From contig JAUVJW010000001.1 in assembly GCA_030596465.1 (NCBI GenBank), forward strand, positions 1 to 61,879: a stretch of 61,879 nucleotides of DNA, in the 5' to 3' direction. The notes beneath the pieces are model-generated. The model did no database searches. It was not told where the DNA came from and saw only the letters and a program-made list of their open reading frames with translations. The translations under genes and the position numbers were made by a program. Within the stretch, counting starts at the first letter, position 1, and each line of letters starts with the position of its first letter. This document shows positions 1 to 7,774 of the stretch, piece after piece. This DNA comes from Candidatus Fermentibacteraceae bacterium (GTDB taxonomy: Bacteria; Fermentibacterota; Fermentibacteria; Fermentibacterales; JCC-6).

Positions 1-147
1 GCATTTGCCGCCAGAACAAAAGAAAAAGCTCTCATCCTGTCTGCTCTTGCCGAGACCGGCGGTAATCGCAGAAAAGCAGCAGAGATTCTTGGAGTGAGTT
101 ACAGAACACTCCTCACAAAGATCAAAGATATGGAAATCACAGTATAA
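1..147 (+). CDS. 3' end (partial) of a sigma-54-dependent NtrC/Fis-type transcriptional activator
   Basis: Frame 1 is open from the window edge to TAA at 145-147. The translation ...ALILSALAETGGNRRKAAEILGVSYRTLLTKIKDMEITV is the typical Fis-type HTH tail of enhancer-binding proteins. Its stop overlaps the queC ATG (TAATG). Confidence 0.6.
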   Translation, partial: AFAARTKEKALILSALAETGGNRRKAAEILGVSYRTLLTKIKDMEITV

Positions 148-845
148 TGACCGGAGAAAAAGCAGTTGTTCTTCTCAGCGGAGGGCTGGACTCTACCACT
201 GTACTTGCCATGGCAGCAGATGATAGCATGGAGGTTACCGCACTCTCGTTCAGTTATGGTCAGAAACACACCCGGGAACTGAGCAGGGCAGAGGTCATTG
301 CAAAGCACTTCGGTGTGAAAGAGCACATAGTCATTGATCTTGACCCCGAGCCTTTTAAGGGTTCATCTCTCACGGGGGATATTCAAGTACCTGAGAGCAG
401 GGAAAGTATTTCAGACCGGATACCTTCCACCTATGTTCCTGCCAGAAACACTGTATTTCTTTCGATTGCTCTGGGAATAGCTGAATCAAGAAAGGCAAAA
501 CACATATTCATTGGAGTTAATTCTGTTGATTACAGTGGCTACCCGGACTGCCGGCCTGAATTCATAAAGGCATTCCAGCACCTTGCTGACCTCGCTACAA
601 AAGAAGCCGTCAACGGTAATCCTCCTATAATTCAGGCTCCTCTTCTGTACATGACAAAAGCGGAAATAATTAGAAAAGGAACAAAACTGGGTGTTGACTA
701 CGGAATGACACTGAGCTGCTATCAGCCAAACACAAAAGGGGAGAGTTGTGGTGTTTGCGATGCCTGTATTCTGAGGCTTGAGGGGTTCAGAGCGAATGGG
801 TTAACTGATCCCGCGGAGTATCGAAAGACTTCGGATGGCAGTTGA
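147..845 (+). CDS. queC: 7-cyano-7-deazaguanine (preQ0) synthase QueC
   Basis: N-terminal PP-loop VVLLSGGLDSTT. C-terminal Zn cysteine cluster CYQPNTKGESCGVCDACILR. Length of 232 aa is typical. Confidence 0.9.
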   Translation: MTGEKAVVLLSGGLDSTTVLAMAADDSMEVTALSFSYGQKHTRELSRAEVIAKHFGVKEHIVIDLDPEPFKGSSLTGDIQVPESRESISDRIPSTYVPARNTVFLSIALGIAESRKAKHIFIGVNSVDYSGYPDCRPEFIKAFQHLADLATKEAVNGNPPIIQAPLLYMTKAEIIRKGTKLGVDYGMTLSCYQPNTKGESCGVCDACILRLEGFRANGLTDPAEYRKTSDGS

Positions 846-1437
846 ATACCGAATAAAGGAAATGGTACTGACTCTTCAGGGTGAGGGTGCCCTGACGGGA
901 ACCGCAGTGGTGCTTCTGAGGTTTGAAGGATGTAACCTGAACTGTGACTTCTGCGACACTGATTTCACGGGTACAAACGGTGAAGGCGGTGGGATCTTCA
1001 GCACAGCGTTGGAGCTGGCGGAGGCGGTGCAGAGCAAATGGGTATCAAACACACAGGTAAATGTGCTTTGCACCGGCGGTGAGCCTCTTTTGCAGTTTGA
1101 CCGGCAACTGATAAAGGAATTTCATGCAAAAGGCTTTAAAATCCTGATTGAAACAAACGGAACCATTCCCGCTCCAGAGCACATTGACTGGATATGCGTA
1201 AGTCCCAAATCAAACGGGATTCTTCTTCAACACAGTGGAGATGAGATTAAAATAGTCTGGCCACAGGAAAATATAGATCCCAAAAGCTATGCAGATCTTA
1301 AATTCAATAATTTCTGGATTCAACCCAGGTTTGATGAGAACTATAAAAAGAATCTGCAAACCTCAATTGAATACTGTCTGGCCAATCCACAATGGCGGCT
1401 GAGTATTCAGACCCAGAGGTATACAGGTATATCATAG
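835..1437 (+). CDS. queE: 7-carboxy-7-deazaguanine synthase QueE (radical SAM)
   Basis: LQGEG...LLRFEGCNLNCDFCDTDF cluster-binding motif. Sits between queC and queD and overlaps the queC end by 11 nt. Ends with TAG at 1435-1437. Confidence 0.85.
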   Translation: MAVEYRIKEMVLTLQGEGALTGTAVVLLRFEGCNLNCDFCDTDFTGTNGEGGGIFSTALELAEAVQSKWVSNTQVNVLCTGGEPLLQFDRQLIKEFHAKGFKILIETNGTIPAPEHIDWICVSPKSNGILLQHSGDEIKIVWPQENIDPKSYADLKFNNFWIQPRFDENYKKNLQTSIEYCLANPQWRLSIQTQRYTGIS

Positions 1438-1445
1438 GAGAAAAG

Positions 1446-1799
1446 ATGGAGATATACAGAGAATTCAAATTCGACGCGGCTCACAGACTGCCCAATCTAC
1501 CCGATGGCCACAGATGCGCGAATCTTCACGGACACACATTCGCAGTTTTCGTTCACATTGAAGGCAAAGTGGGAGACGATACCGGCTGGGTGAAGGATTA
1601 CGGTGAAATAAAGAGCGTCTGCGCTCCTGTGATAGATATGCTGGATCACCGTTATTTGAATGATATTGCCGGTCTGGAGAACCCGACCAGTGAGAGAATT
1701 GCCCAATGGTTATGGAAAAGAATCAAACCGTCTCTTCCCGAATTGACCATGCTTGAAGTAAAGGAAACTGCATCTACCGGATGCCGTTACAGAGGATAA
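1446..1799 (+). CDS. queD: 6-carboxy-5,6,7,8-tetrahydropterin synthase QueD
   Basis: MEIYREFKFDAAHRLPNLPDGHRCANLHGHTF (PTPS-family Zn His motifs). I chose the ATG at 1446, preceded by AGGAG, over the longer ORF start at 1392. Confidence 0.85.
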   Translation: MEIYREFKFDAAHRLPNLPDGHRCANLHGHTFAVFVHIEGKVGDDTGWVKDYGEIKSVCAPVIDMLDHRYLNDIAGLENPTSERIAQWLWKRIKPSLPELTMLEVKETASTGCRYRG

Positions 1800-1804
1800 A
1801 GCCA

Positions 1805-2617
1805 ATGAAAGATATTCAGAGTACCCTCGATTACAGGAACATCTCACTCCGGGAAGCGGGAATCAGGGATCTCAAGTATCCCATTACAATCCTCGACCGT
1901 GAGCAGAGAGAGCAGACTACAGTAGCGGATATCTCCATGTCTGTCAGTCTTCCTCATCACTTTAAAGGCACCCACATGAGTCGCTTTCTGGAAGTTCTGA
2001 CTTCAAGCGGATGCCGGTTTACGGGCAGCACAATACCTGTTGTTCTCAAGAAGCTGAAGGAAACACTTGAGGCTGAATCAGCAAGAATCCGAATTGAATT
2101 CCCATACTTTTTAACAAGAGAGGCGCCAGTTACCGGCGCTGCGGCAAAAATGGGTTATTCATGCGCCTTTACCGGAGAATCGAGCAACGACAGGGAAGAT
2201 TTTATACTTACCGTAACAGTTCCAGTGGGTACCCTTTGCCCATGCAGCCGGGAGATCAGTAATGCTGGCGCGCACAATCAACGGGGCTACATCACCATGG
2301 ATGTACGAACTGAGAAACAGCAGGATGGCACCTTCGCAATGATCTGGATTGAAGAGCTTGTAGAAATTGCAGAGGCTTCAGCTTCATCACCCCTTTACAC
2401 AATACTGAAACGCCCTGATGAGAAATTTGTAACAGAACAGGCATACAACAACCCTGTATTCGTGGAAGACATTGTAAGAAATGTAGCAGAAAAACTGAGA
2501 AAAGACACAAGAGTAACCCAATTCACAGTAACTGCGGAAAACCACGAGAGTATACACAACCACAACGCCTACGCAGTTGTTACTTGGAAAAAATCAGATT
2601 ATCAGGGAGCTGTCTGA
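1805..2617 (+). CDS. folE2: GTP cyclohydrolase I type 2 (FolE2/GCYH-IB)
   Basis: VPVGTLCPCSREIS...GAHNQRGY core and HHFKGTHMSRF are characteristic of FolE2. I chose the ATG at 1805 (MKDIQS), just after the queD stop. Confidence 0.85.
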   Translation: MKDIQSTLDYRNISLREAGIRDLKYPITILDREQREQTTVADISMSVSLPHHFKGTHMSRFLEVLTSSGCRFTGSTIPVVLKKLKETLEAESARIRIEFPYFLTREAPVTGAAAKMGYSCAFTGESSNDREDFILTVTVPVGTLCPCSREISNAGAHNQRGYITMDVRTEKQQDGTFAMIWIEELVEIAEASASSPLYTILKRPDEKFVTEQAYNNPVFVEDIVRNVAEKLRKDTRVTQFTVTAENHESIHNHNAYAVVTWKKSDYQGAV

Positions 2618-2672
2618 CAAAGCAGCATTGCCGGAAACAGGGATGCTCCTCAGCACAGCAGGGGAATTCAAC

Positions 2673-2727
2673 CATAACCAGAAACAGATGTAAAGTGATT
2701 GGCTGATAGACTTCTGTTCTGGTTATG
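2673..2727. repeat. Imperfect inverted repeat (about 14-15 bp arms, 26-nt loop) downstream of folE2
   Basis: cataaccagaaacag (2673-2687) pairs with ctgttctggttatg (2714-2727) with one bulged base. No U-tract follows, so it is not a canonical intrinsic terminator. Confidence 0.4.
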
Positions 2728-2754
2728 CAGAGCACTCGATACTCTAAAGATTGC

Positions 2755-2783
2755 TTGACCAGCAAGAAATGGCGTTGTATAAT
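2755..2783 (+). promoter_or_regulatory. Sigma-70-type promoter for the antitoxin gene
   Basis: TTGACC (2755-2760), exactly 17 nt of spacer, then TATAAT (2778-2783). It lies 44 nt upstream of the ATG at 2827. Confidence 0.55.
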
Positions 2784-2795
2784 CTTACTAGTAAG
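2784..2795. promoter_or_regulatory. Perfect 12-bp palindrome abutting the -10 box (candidate autoregulatory operator)
   Basis: CTTACTAGTAAG is self-complementary and starts immediately after TATAAT. Antitoxin DNA-binding domains typically autorepress at such sites. Confidence 0.45.
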
Positions 2796-2826
2796 AATAT
2801 AGTTTAGCGATTGATTGGAAAGAAAA

Positions 2827-3093
2827 ATGAACACTGTAGCAACAACAAGGATGTCGTCAAAAGGACAAATTGTTATTCCTGAGGAAATTCGAAACTCTCT
2901 TCATCTTAAGACCGGAACAAGATTCGTTGTTGTAGGTGAAGGTGATGTCGTGGTTCTTAAAACAATATCTCCACCATCCTTTGATGAATTCGAGGAAATA
3001 GTTTTACAAGCAAGACAAGCTGCAATTGAATCAGGAATGGAACCAAAGGATATCGAAGACGCCATTAGAGAAGTGCGATCTGAATTGAGATGA
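2827..3093 (+). CDS. AbrB/MazE/SpoVT-family antitoxin-like DNA-binding protein
   Basis: MSSKGQIVIPEEIRNSLHLKTGTRFVVVGEGDVVVLK is a SpoVT-AbrB swapped-hairpin motif. I preferred the ATG at 2827 over the TTG at 2815. Confidence 0.75.
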   Translation: MNTVATTRMSSKGQIVIPEEIRNSLHLKTGTRFVVVGEGDVVVLKTISPPSFDEFEEIVLQARQAAIESGMEPKDIEDAIREVRSELR

Positions 3094-3143
3094 TAAAGCC
3101 CGCTGTATTTGTGAAGAAATATTTGAGTGAACCATCGCATTAA
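3090..3143 (+). pseudogene. 17-codon stub where the cognate toxin gene would be expected (truncated toxin?)
   Basis: Its ATG overlaps the antitoxin stop (ATGA), as in type II TA operons. The frame (MIKPAVFVKKYLSEPSH) stops after 17 codons and no toxin-length ORF follows. Confidence 0.25.
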
Positions 3144-3311
3144 CCAGACACCGGCGTTATGGAGCCAGCTCAAGTTACACCAGTGCTGGCTATGCACATG
3201 TTGGCCAAAAGAATGCGATGAGTTGATGCTAACACAACACTACACCTTGAACGTTCACTCCCTTTCGTAATTGTGCAAGATTTACCGGAGCAGAGAAGCT
3301 GAGAGGGATGA

Positions 3312-3455
3312 CAAGAGCTTGATGATGAGTACTATCCGGCAGATTGTACAATTCGGGTAATACTGGATAACCACTCTTCAAACATCTCTACAGGCATAGA
3401 GAAGGTGCTTATCAGGTTCAGCGACGCCGTGGAGAGAATTATTCAATCTTTATAG
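3312..3455 (+). pseudogene. Fragment of an IS630/DDE_3-type transposase
   Basis: The translation QELDDEYYPADCTIRVILDNHSSNIS...SDAVERIIQSL resembles the (I/V)xLDNxSxH block and the LNxVERFF block of IS630-family DDE transposases. It spans only 47 codons bounded by stops. Confidence 0.4.
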
Positions 3456-3513
3456 CTTCTCCAATGGTGCGACCTGACGACCGCATTAACACGGACTGGC
3501 AAGGCTACTCATA

Positions 3514-3588
3514 TCACCACGGTAGTTTTGTCAGTCGGTTATAGATTTTTAGTTCAAGGCCCTTTTCGGCTCCATTGGTATTCTTGCA
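3514..3588 (-). pseudogene. 3'-terminal fragment of a histidine-kinase gene (HATPase_c tail)
   Basis: The minus-strand translation CKNTNGAEKGLELKIYNRLTKLPW* parallels INGTEKGLELIIYFPKL of the intact kinase. The DNA of 3541-3580 matches 5705-5744 at 36 of 40 positions. Confidence 0.4.
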
Positions 3589-3732
3589 GCGTTATTGACT
3601 ACGATCAATACAATATACATACTAATCATACTAAACAGGAAATCAAAGTACTATTGAGTATAGCTGAATTCAGAGAATTGTAGTGTGCAAATGAGCGTTG
3701 CGGATCCAGGATCGTTGAACAGATTGAGAGAA

Positions 3733-4701
3733 ATGATGCGACAATATGCGAACAGGGTTTTAGCAATCGTTACAGCTTCACTTTTTATTGGTTGCCATCA
3801 AGTACACACTACTGTTCAAGAAACAACTTCAAGACATGAAACAGCACTTCAGTGGGTAACACCTGCGGTTAGCGCACCTCGTCTTCAGCACCGCATATTC
3901 TACAGTGCAGCAGCAGGATCAGAAGTCAGCTACCACATTTACATACCGGAGATTTACGATGAGGAAGAAACAAAGTGTTTTCCAGTATTGTTCTGGCTGC
4001 ATGGTCATGGCGGAGGTTTGATTGGAATTCCATATCTCGCAGAGCACTTCGATCTCGCCATCCGCAATGGGGAAATGCCTCCTGTACTTATTGTTTTTCC
4101 CAATGGGCTGTTCGAAAGCATGTGGTGCAACTCCAAGGATGGAAGGGTGCCAATGGAAACAATCGTTGTGGAAGAGCTGGTGCCGCATATTGACTCTATC
4201 TTTCGCACCATTGCTTCAAGGGAGGCTCGGCTTATTGAAGGCTTCAGCATGGGCGGCTACGGTGCGGCACGATTAGGTTTCAGGTATCATGACATATTCG
4301 GCGCAGTTTCAATACTGGGGGCTGGACCGTTGCAATTAGAGTTCAGCCCGTCTGTCGGTCCTTCAAGGAAGGTACTCACCCGCGAGAGAGTGCTGCGTGA
4401 TGTTTACGGGGGCGACCAGGAGTATTTCAGAACACAGAGCCCATGGGTGCTGGCGGAACAAAATGCGTTTCCATTAAGCAGCAATTCGCACTTGCGTATA
4501 GCAATCGGCGAATGTGACGAAACCCTGGACTTTAATCGCGACTTTGACTCGCGCCTGACAGACCTTGGTATTCCTCACACCTTTGAAGTACTACCTGATA
4601 TTGGTCACAATACCATGGCGCTTTTCAATGCGATGGGTGACAGCAACTGGGAGTTCTACCGTAATGTATTCGGAGAAAATGTTCCCGACTTTGGCCCATG
4701 A
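3733..4701 (+). CDS. Alpha/beta-hydrolase, putative-esterase family lipoprotein
   Basis: GFSMGGYGA nucleophile elbow and a WLHGHGG oxyanion-type motif. From the ATG at 3733 the N-terminus MMRQYANRVLAIVTASLFIGC is a lipoprotein signal with a lipobox. The longer ORF starts at 3685. Confidence 0.7.
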   Translation: MMRQYANRVLAIVTASLFIGCHQVHTTVQETTSRHETALQWVTPAVSAPRLQHRIFYSAAAGSEVSYHIYIPEIYDEEETKCFPVLFWLHGHGGGLIGIPYLAEHFDLAIRNGEMPPVLIVFPNGLFESMWCNSKDGRVPMETIVVEELVPHIDSIFRTIASREARLIEGFSMGGYGAARLGFRYHDIFGAVSILGAGPLQLEFSPSVGPSRKVLTRERVLRDVYGGDQEYFRTQSPWVLAEQNAFPLSSNSHLRIAIGECDETLDFNRDFDSRLTDLGIPHTFEVLPDIGHNTMALFNAMGDSNWEFYRNVFGENVPDFGP

Positions 4702-4838
4702 CGAAATGCTTTACTGCAATACTTTAGACGGCAACGGCTACTTCATTATACTTATGCATATGCCGGTTTTATCTGCGCGGAACGCGCTAAGTAATGTCTG
4801 TTGCTTGAAGTATATCTGCAGATGAATTTCGCAGGAAT

Positions 4839-5237
4839 TTACCCTTGACTGTACTCCGCCTCGACTGTAATAGCTATGCCGCCTCTGATCCCGAAGTCGG
4901 CCTGTACTCGACACCATCTCGGGTGAATGGCTTCAACTATATCATCAAGAATCATGTTTGTTACATGTTCGTGAAAAACACCCTTGTTCCGGAAAGATAG
5001 AAAGTAGAGTTTCAGAGATTTTGATTCGACAATCTTCAAATCAGGAACATAGCTGATTGTTATCTTTGCAAAGTCCGGCTGACCGGTTTTGGGGCACACA
5101 CAGGTGAATTCGTCGGATGTGAGTGTTACTGTGTAATCCCGTTCCGGGTTAAGATTGGGAAATGCTTCCAGACCCTTGAATTCGCCGGTAGAGTTTCCCA
5201 GCAGGGAAAGGTCATCCATATTGTTTTCGTGTGTCAT
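4839..5237 (-). CDS. queF: NADPH-dependent 7-cyano-7-deazaguanine reductase QueF (type I)
   Basis: Catalytic Cys context FTCVCPKTGQPDF and QueF motif ESKSLKLYFLSFRN. Its ATG overlaps the kinase stop (ATGA at 5234-5237). Confidence 0.9.
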   Translation of the reverse strand: MTHENNMDDLSLLGNSTGEFKGLEAFPNLNPERDYTVTLTSDEFTCVCPKTGQPDFAKITISYVPDLKIVESKSLKLYFLSFRNKGVFHEHVTNMILDDIVEAIHPRWCRVQADFGIRGGIAITVEAEYSQG

Positions 5238-7759
5238 TTTTCTCCAATATCTGAATTGGTCATTCTGCGGATTGCAGATACGAGATCATGCATTGCATAG
5301 GGTTTACTGATTACCTCGTGCATTCCTTCAATACCGGTAAGTCGATCTCCCGCGTAACCGGTTGTGAATACCGCAGGAAGATTGCCCCCAAGGGAAAGAA
5401 TCTCTTTGTATGCTTCCGGCCCATTCATCTCAGGCATTATTACATCGAAGACAAGCATTTGAATTTCATCCATTTTACTTTTGAAGATGTTCACGGCCTC
5501 TTTTCCGTTGGTTGCCCTTAGAACTCTTATTCCCGCTGCCCCCAGTCCTTCAATCGCGAGGTTCATTACACGTGGATCATCCTCTGCAAGAAGAACGCAT
5601 ATTGAGCGGACATGCTCTGTAGTTTTAGAAAGGGTCGAATTTCCCGGCTTTTCCGGTTTTACCGGCGGAGAAGAGGAGAGAGGATCAATTTTCAGTTTTG
5701 GGAAATAGATTATTAGTTCAAGGCCCTTTTCGGTTCCATTAATAACATCAATGTATCCGGAATGCTCTCGTACTATTCCAAGAACAGTGGAAAGACCAAG
5801 ACCTGTACCTTCATCAGGCATTTTTGTTGTGAAGAAGGGTTCAAAAATGCTTCTGTGTTCTGATTCAGGGATACCGGGGCCGGAATCCTTAACTGCGATG
5901 GTAACATAATTGCCGGGATTTACAAACCCACTTGTGGCTTTGTAAGGTACTGTTAGAGATACTTCATCCAGTACAATATTGATGCTTCCACCGTTTGGCA
6001 TGGCATCACGGGCATTGACGCACAAATTCATCAATACCTGCTCTATATGACCGGAGTCCCCGAATGTCCAGCAATCCTCACAGTGAATCTTCGTCGAAAT
6101 GACTATGTTTTCCTCCATGATTCGCGATAGTAACTTGCTGAAATTGCCGGTTAGTACGCTGAGATTTACACTTTGCAGTTCCGGTTTCTTCTCGCGACTG
6201 AAAAGTAGAAGCTGTTTTACAAGTTCTCTTCCTTTTTCAGCGGCTTCAACTATGGGTTCTGAAACATCTCTTATCACAGGGTCGTTGTCCGACACTCTGT
6301 TCAGTATATCACAGTATCCCATTATCACATGGAGCAAGTTATTAAAATCGTGGGCAACACCCCCGGCAAGACGGCCGATAGCTTCCATTTTCTGGGATTG
6401 AATATCCTCAATTTCCTTCTGCATCGAGGACAGTTCCTTTTCCTTGATCATGGTGGTGTCAAAAAGAATACCGGAGATTTGCAGAGGTTTTCCACTTGCA
6501 ATAGCGGCTACATTAAACCATCTGGTCACGAAATCATCTCCGGTGCAGCTGATTTCTCCAAAGGTGCTTTTCAATCTGCCGGAACAGAGGGCATACATGT
6601 TTTCCTGCATTTCATCCGAAAGTGATACCTCCATGAGCCAGTGAGAAAGACGCGGTGGCTCTTCCGGAGGTGTGTAAGCAAGAATCTGGAAAAACTCCGT
6701 GCCAGCCATAAGTCTGTCTTCTTCGACTGAAGCGCTCCAGCTGATCGCACCCGAGGCCTCAAGAGTCAGTTGAAGCTGATCCAGTTTGTATTGAAGGGCC
6801 TTTTTTGCCTTCACAAGTTCCGAAATATCCACAGAAACAACAAGAAGTGATTCCCTTCCTCTGTAGATATGTTTTCGCGCATGCATCAGAAAACACAGAG
6901 AGCGTTTGTTGTTGAGAGTTATCTCAATTGGGACTGCCTCGCTATGAGATGTTGAAAATTCCTGATCTAGGAACGCTTTTACTCTAAGTCGAGATCTATC
7001 GTCAACAATATTAAGAAGGTCACTGTTTTCTTTGTCGAATCGCGAAAAGCCGTATTTTGTAAGAAGTGATTGGTTTACATACACAATCCGGGTACCCTGC
7101 AAGATGATAATACCAATATTTTCGTCAAGAGATATTTCTTCATAGAGATTGTTGATCTCGGTCAGGCGGTTAAGCAGTGCCTGATGAGTTTGTTCTCTGC
7201 CTCTGATAAAAAATATTGCTATTATTGAAATAATTGACGCGATGCAAAGTGGTATGGCAACTGTGCTGAAAACATATATGGAAAAGGAAGTCGGAAGAAC
7301 AAGTATCCATGCGAGATAGATTGCTGCTGATCCCGTTCCTGTAAAAAGCTGAAACGGAATACCGGATATCCCGAATCTGGATTTTTCAGCATATCTGAGA
7401 AGCATTCCAAAGATAAATGCGGAAAGAATAATGCCGAGGCCGGGCAGCATTCCAGCGCCGCCAATTAATATTCTGTACACGATAAGTGGAACTACAGTTA
7501 TGATGCCCACCACAGGTCCGCCTGTAAGAGCTGCTACAACTATAATGGGAGTACGCATATCAATCAGGATACCAGGGAGAACCTCTACACTGAAAAACAT
7601 CGCTAGAATTCCGCAGAAGGCAAAGACCAGTCCCTGGACAAGTATATCACCAGCTGGTCTTCTGATGGCTTTCCACCTCGAAAGTCTGGTGAGGAACAGG
7701 AAAGACACAACAAGCAATGTGGAATTCTCAATCAGAGCTTTGAGGATATCAGTTCTCAA
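5234..7759 (-). CDS. Hybrid sensor histidine kinase/response regulator with N-terminal 5TMR-LYT membrane domain and PAS region
   Basis: Multi-pass LytS-type N-terminus. H-box GGVAHDFNNLLHVIMGY. G-boxes DSGPGIP and GTGLGLS. C-terminal receiver (LLAEDDP...FDVIMPEMNG...SKPY). TTG start with AAGGA 7 nt upstream. Confidence 0.85.
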   Translation of the reverse strand: MRTDILKALIENSTLLVVSFLFLTRLSRWKAIRRPAGDILVQGLVFAFCGILAMFFSVEVLPGILIDMRTPIIVVAALTGGPVVGIITVVPLIVYRILIGGAGMLPGLGIILSAFIFGMLLRYAEKSRFGISGIPFQLFTGTGSAAIYLAWILVLPTSFSIYVFSTVAIPLCIASIISIIAIFFIRGREQTHQALLNRLTEINNLYEEISLDENIGIIILQGTRIVYVNQSLLTKYGFSRFDKENSDLLNIVDDRSRLRVKAFLDQEFSTSHSEAVPIEITLNNKRSLCFLMHARKHIYRGRESLLVVSVDISELVKAKKALQYKLDQLQLTLEASGAISWSASVEEDRLMAGTEFFQILAYTPPEEPPRLSHWLMEVSLSDEMQENMYALCSGRLKSTFGEISCTGDDFVTRWFNVAAIASGKPLQISGILFDTTMIKEKELSSMQKEIEDIQSQKMEAIGRLAGGVAHDFNNLLHVIMGYCDILNRVSDNDPVIRDVSEPIVEAAEKGRELVKQLLLFSREKKPELQSVNLSVLTGNFSKLLSRIMEENIVISTKIHCEDCWTFGDSGHIEQVLMNLCVNARDAMPNGGSINIVLDEVSLTVPYKATSGFVNPGNYVTIAVKDSGPGIPESEHRSIFEPFFTTKMPDEGTGLGLSTVLGIVREHSGYIDVINGTEKGLELIIYFPKLKIDPLSSSPPVKPEKPGNSTLSKTTEHVRSICVLLAEDDPRVMNLAIEGLGAAGIRVLRATNGKEAVNIFKSKMDEIQMLVFDVIMPEMNGPEAYKEILSLGGNLPAVFTTGYAGDRLTGIEGMHEVISKPYAMHDLVSAIRRMTNSDIGEK

Positions 7760-7774
7760 ATATTATCCTTTTGT

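Noticed and set aside
1392-1445. N-terminal extensions of track ORFs. This one is on queD; similar ones are on folE2 (1781), tagD (33631), trmH-like (45410), the M42 peptidase (48321) and the hypothetical ending at 48550.
   Set aside because: The extensions overlap neighbouring genes and lack family similarity. Internal ATGs with Shine-Dalgarno-like sequences match the canonical protein N-termini.
2580-2834. An 84-aa minus-strand ORF covering the folE2-antitoxin intergenic region.
   Set aside because: It overlaps the folE2 3' end and the strong plus-strand promoter and operator. It has no motif and an odd composition.
3133-3220. A perfect 9-bp inverted repeat (catcgcatt / aatgcgatg) enclosing a 6-bp hairpin; considered as a possible structured RNA.
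   Set aside because: A rough expectation for a 9-bp inverted repeat somewhere in a 600-nt region is close to one by chance. There is no covarying context, and the region otherwise looks like gene debris.
4775-4787. A GCGCG-gaa-CGCGC hairpin between the convergent esterase and queF genes; considered as a bidirectional terminator.
   Set aside because: The stem is only 5 bp and no U-tract follows on either strand, so the evidence is too weak to call.
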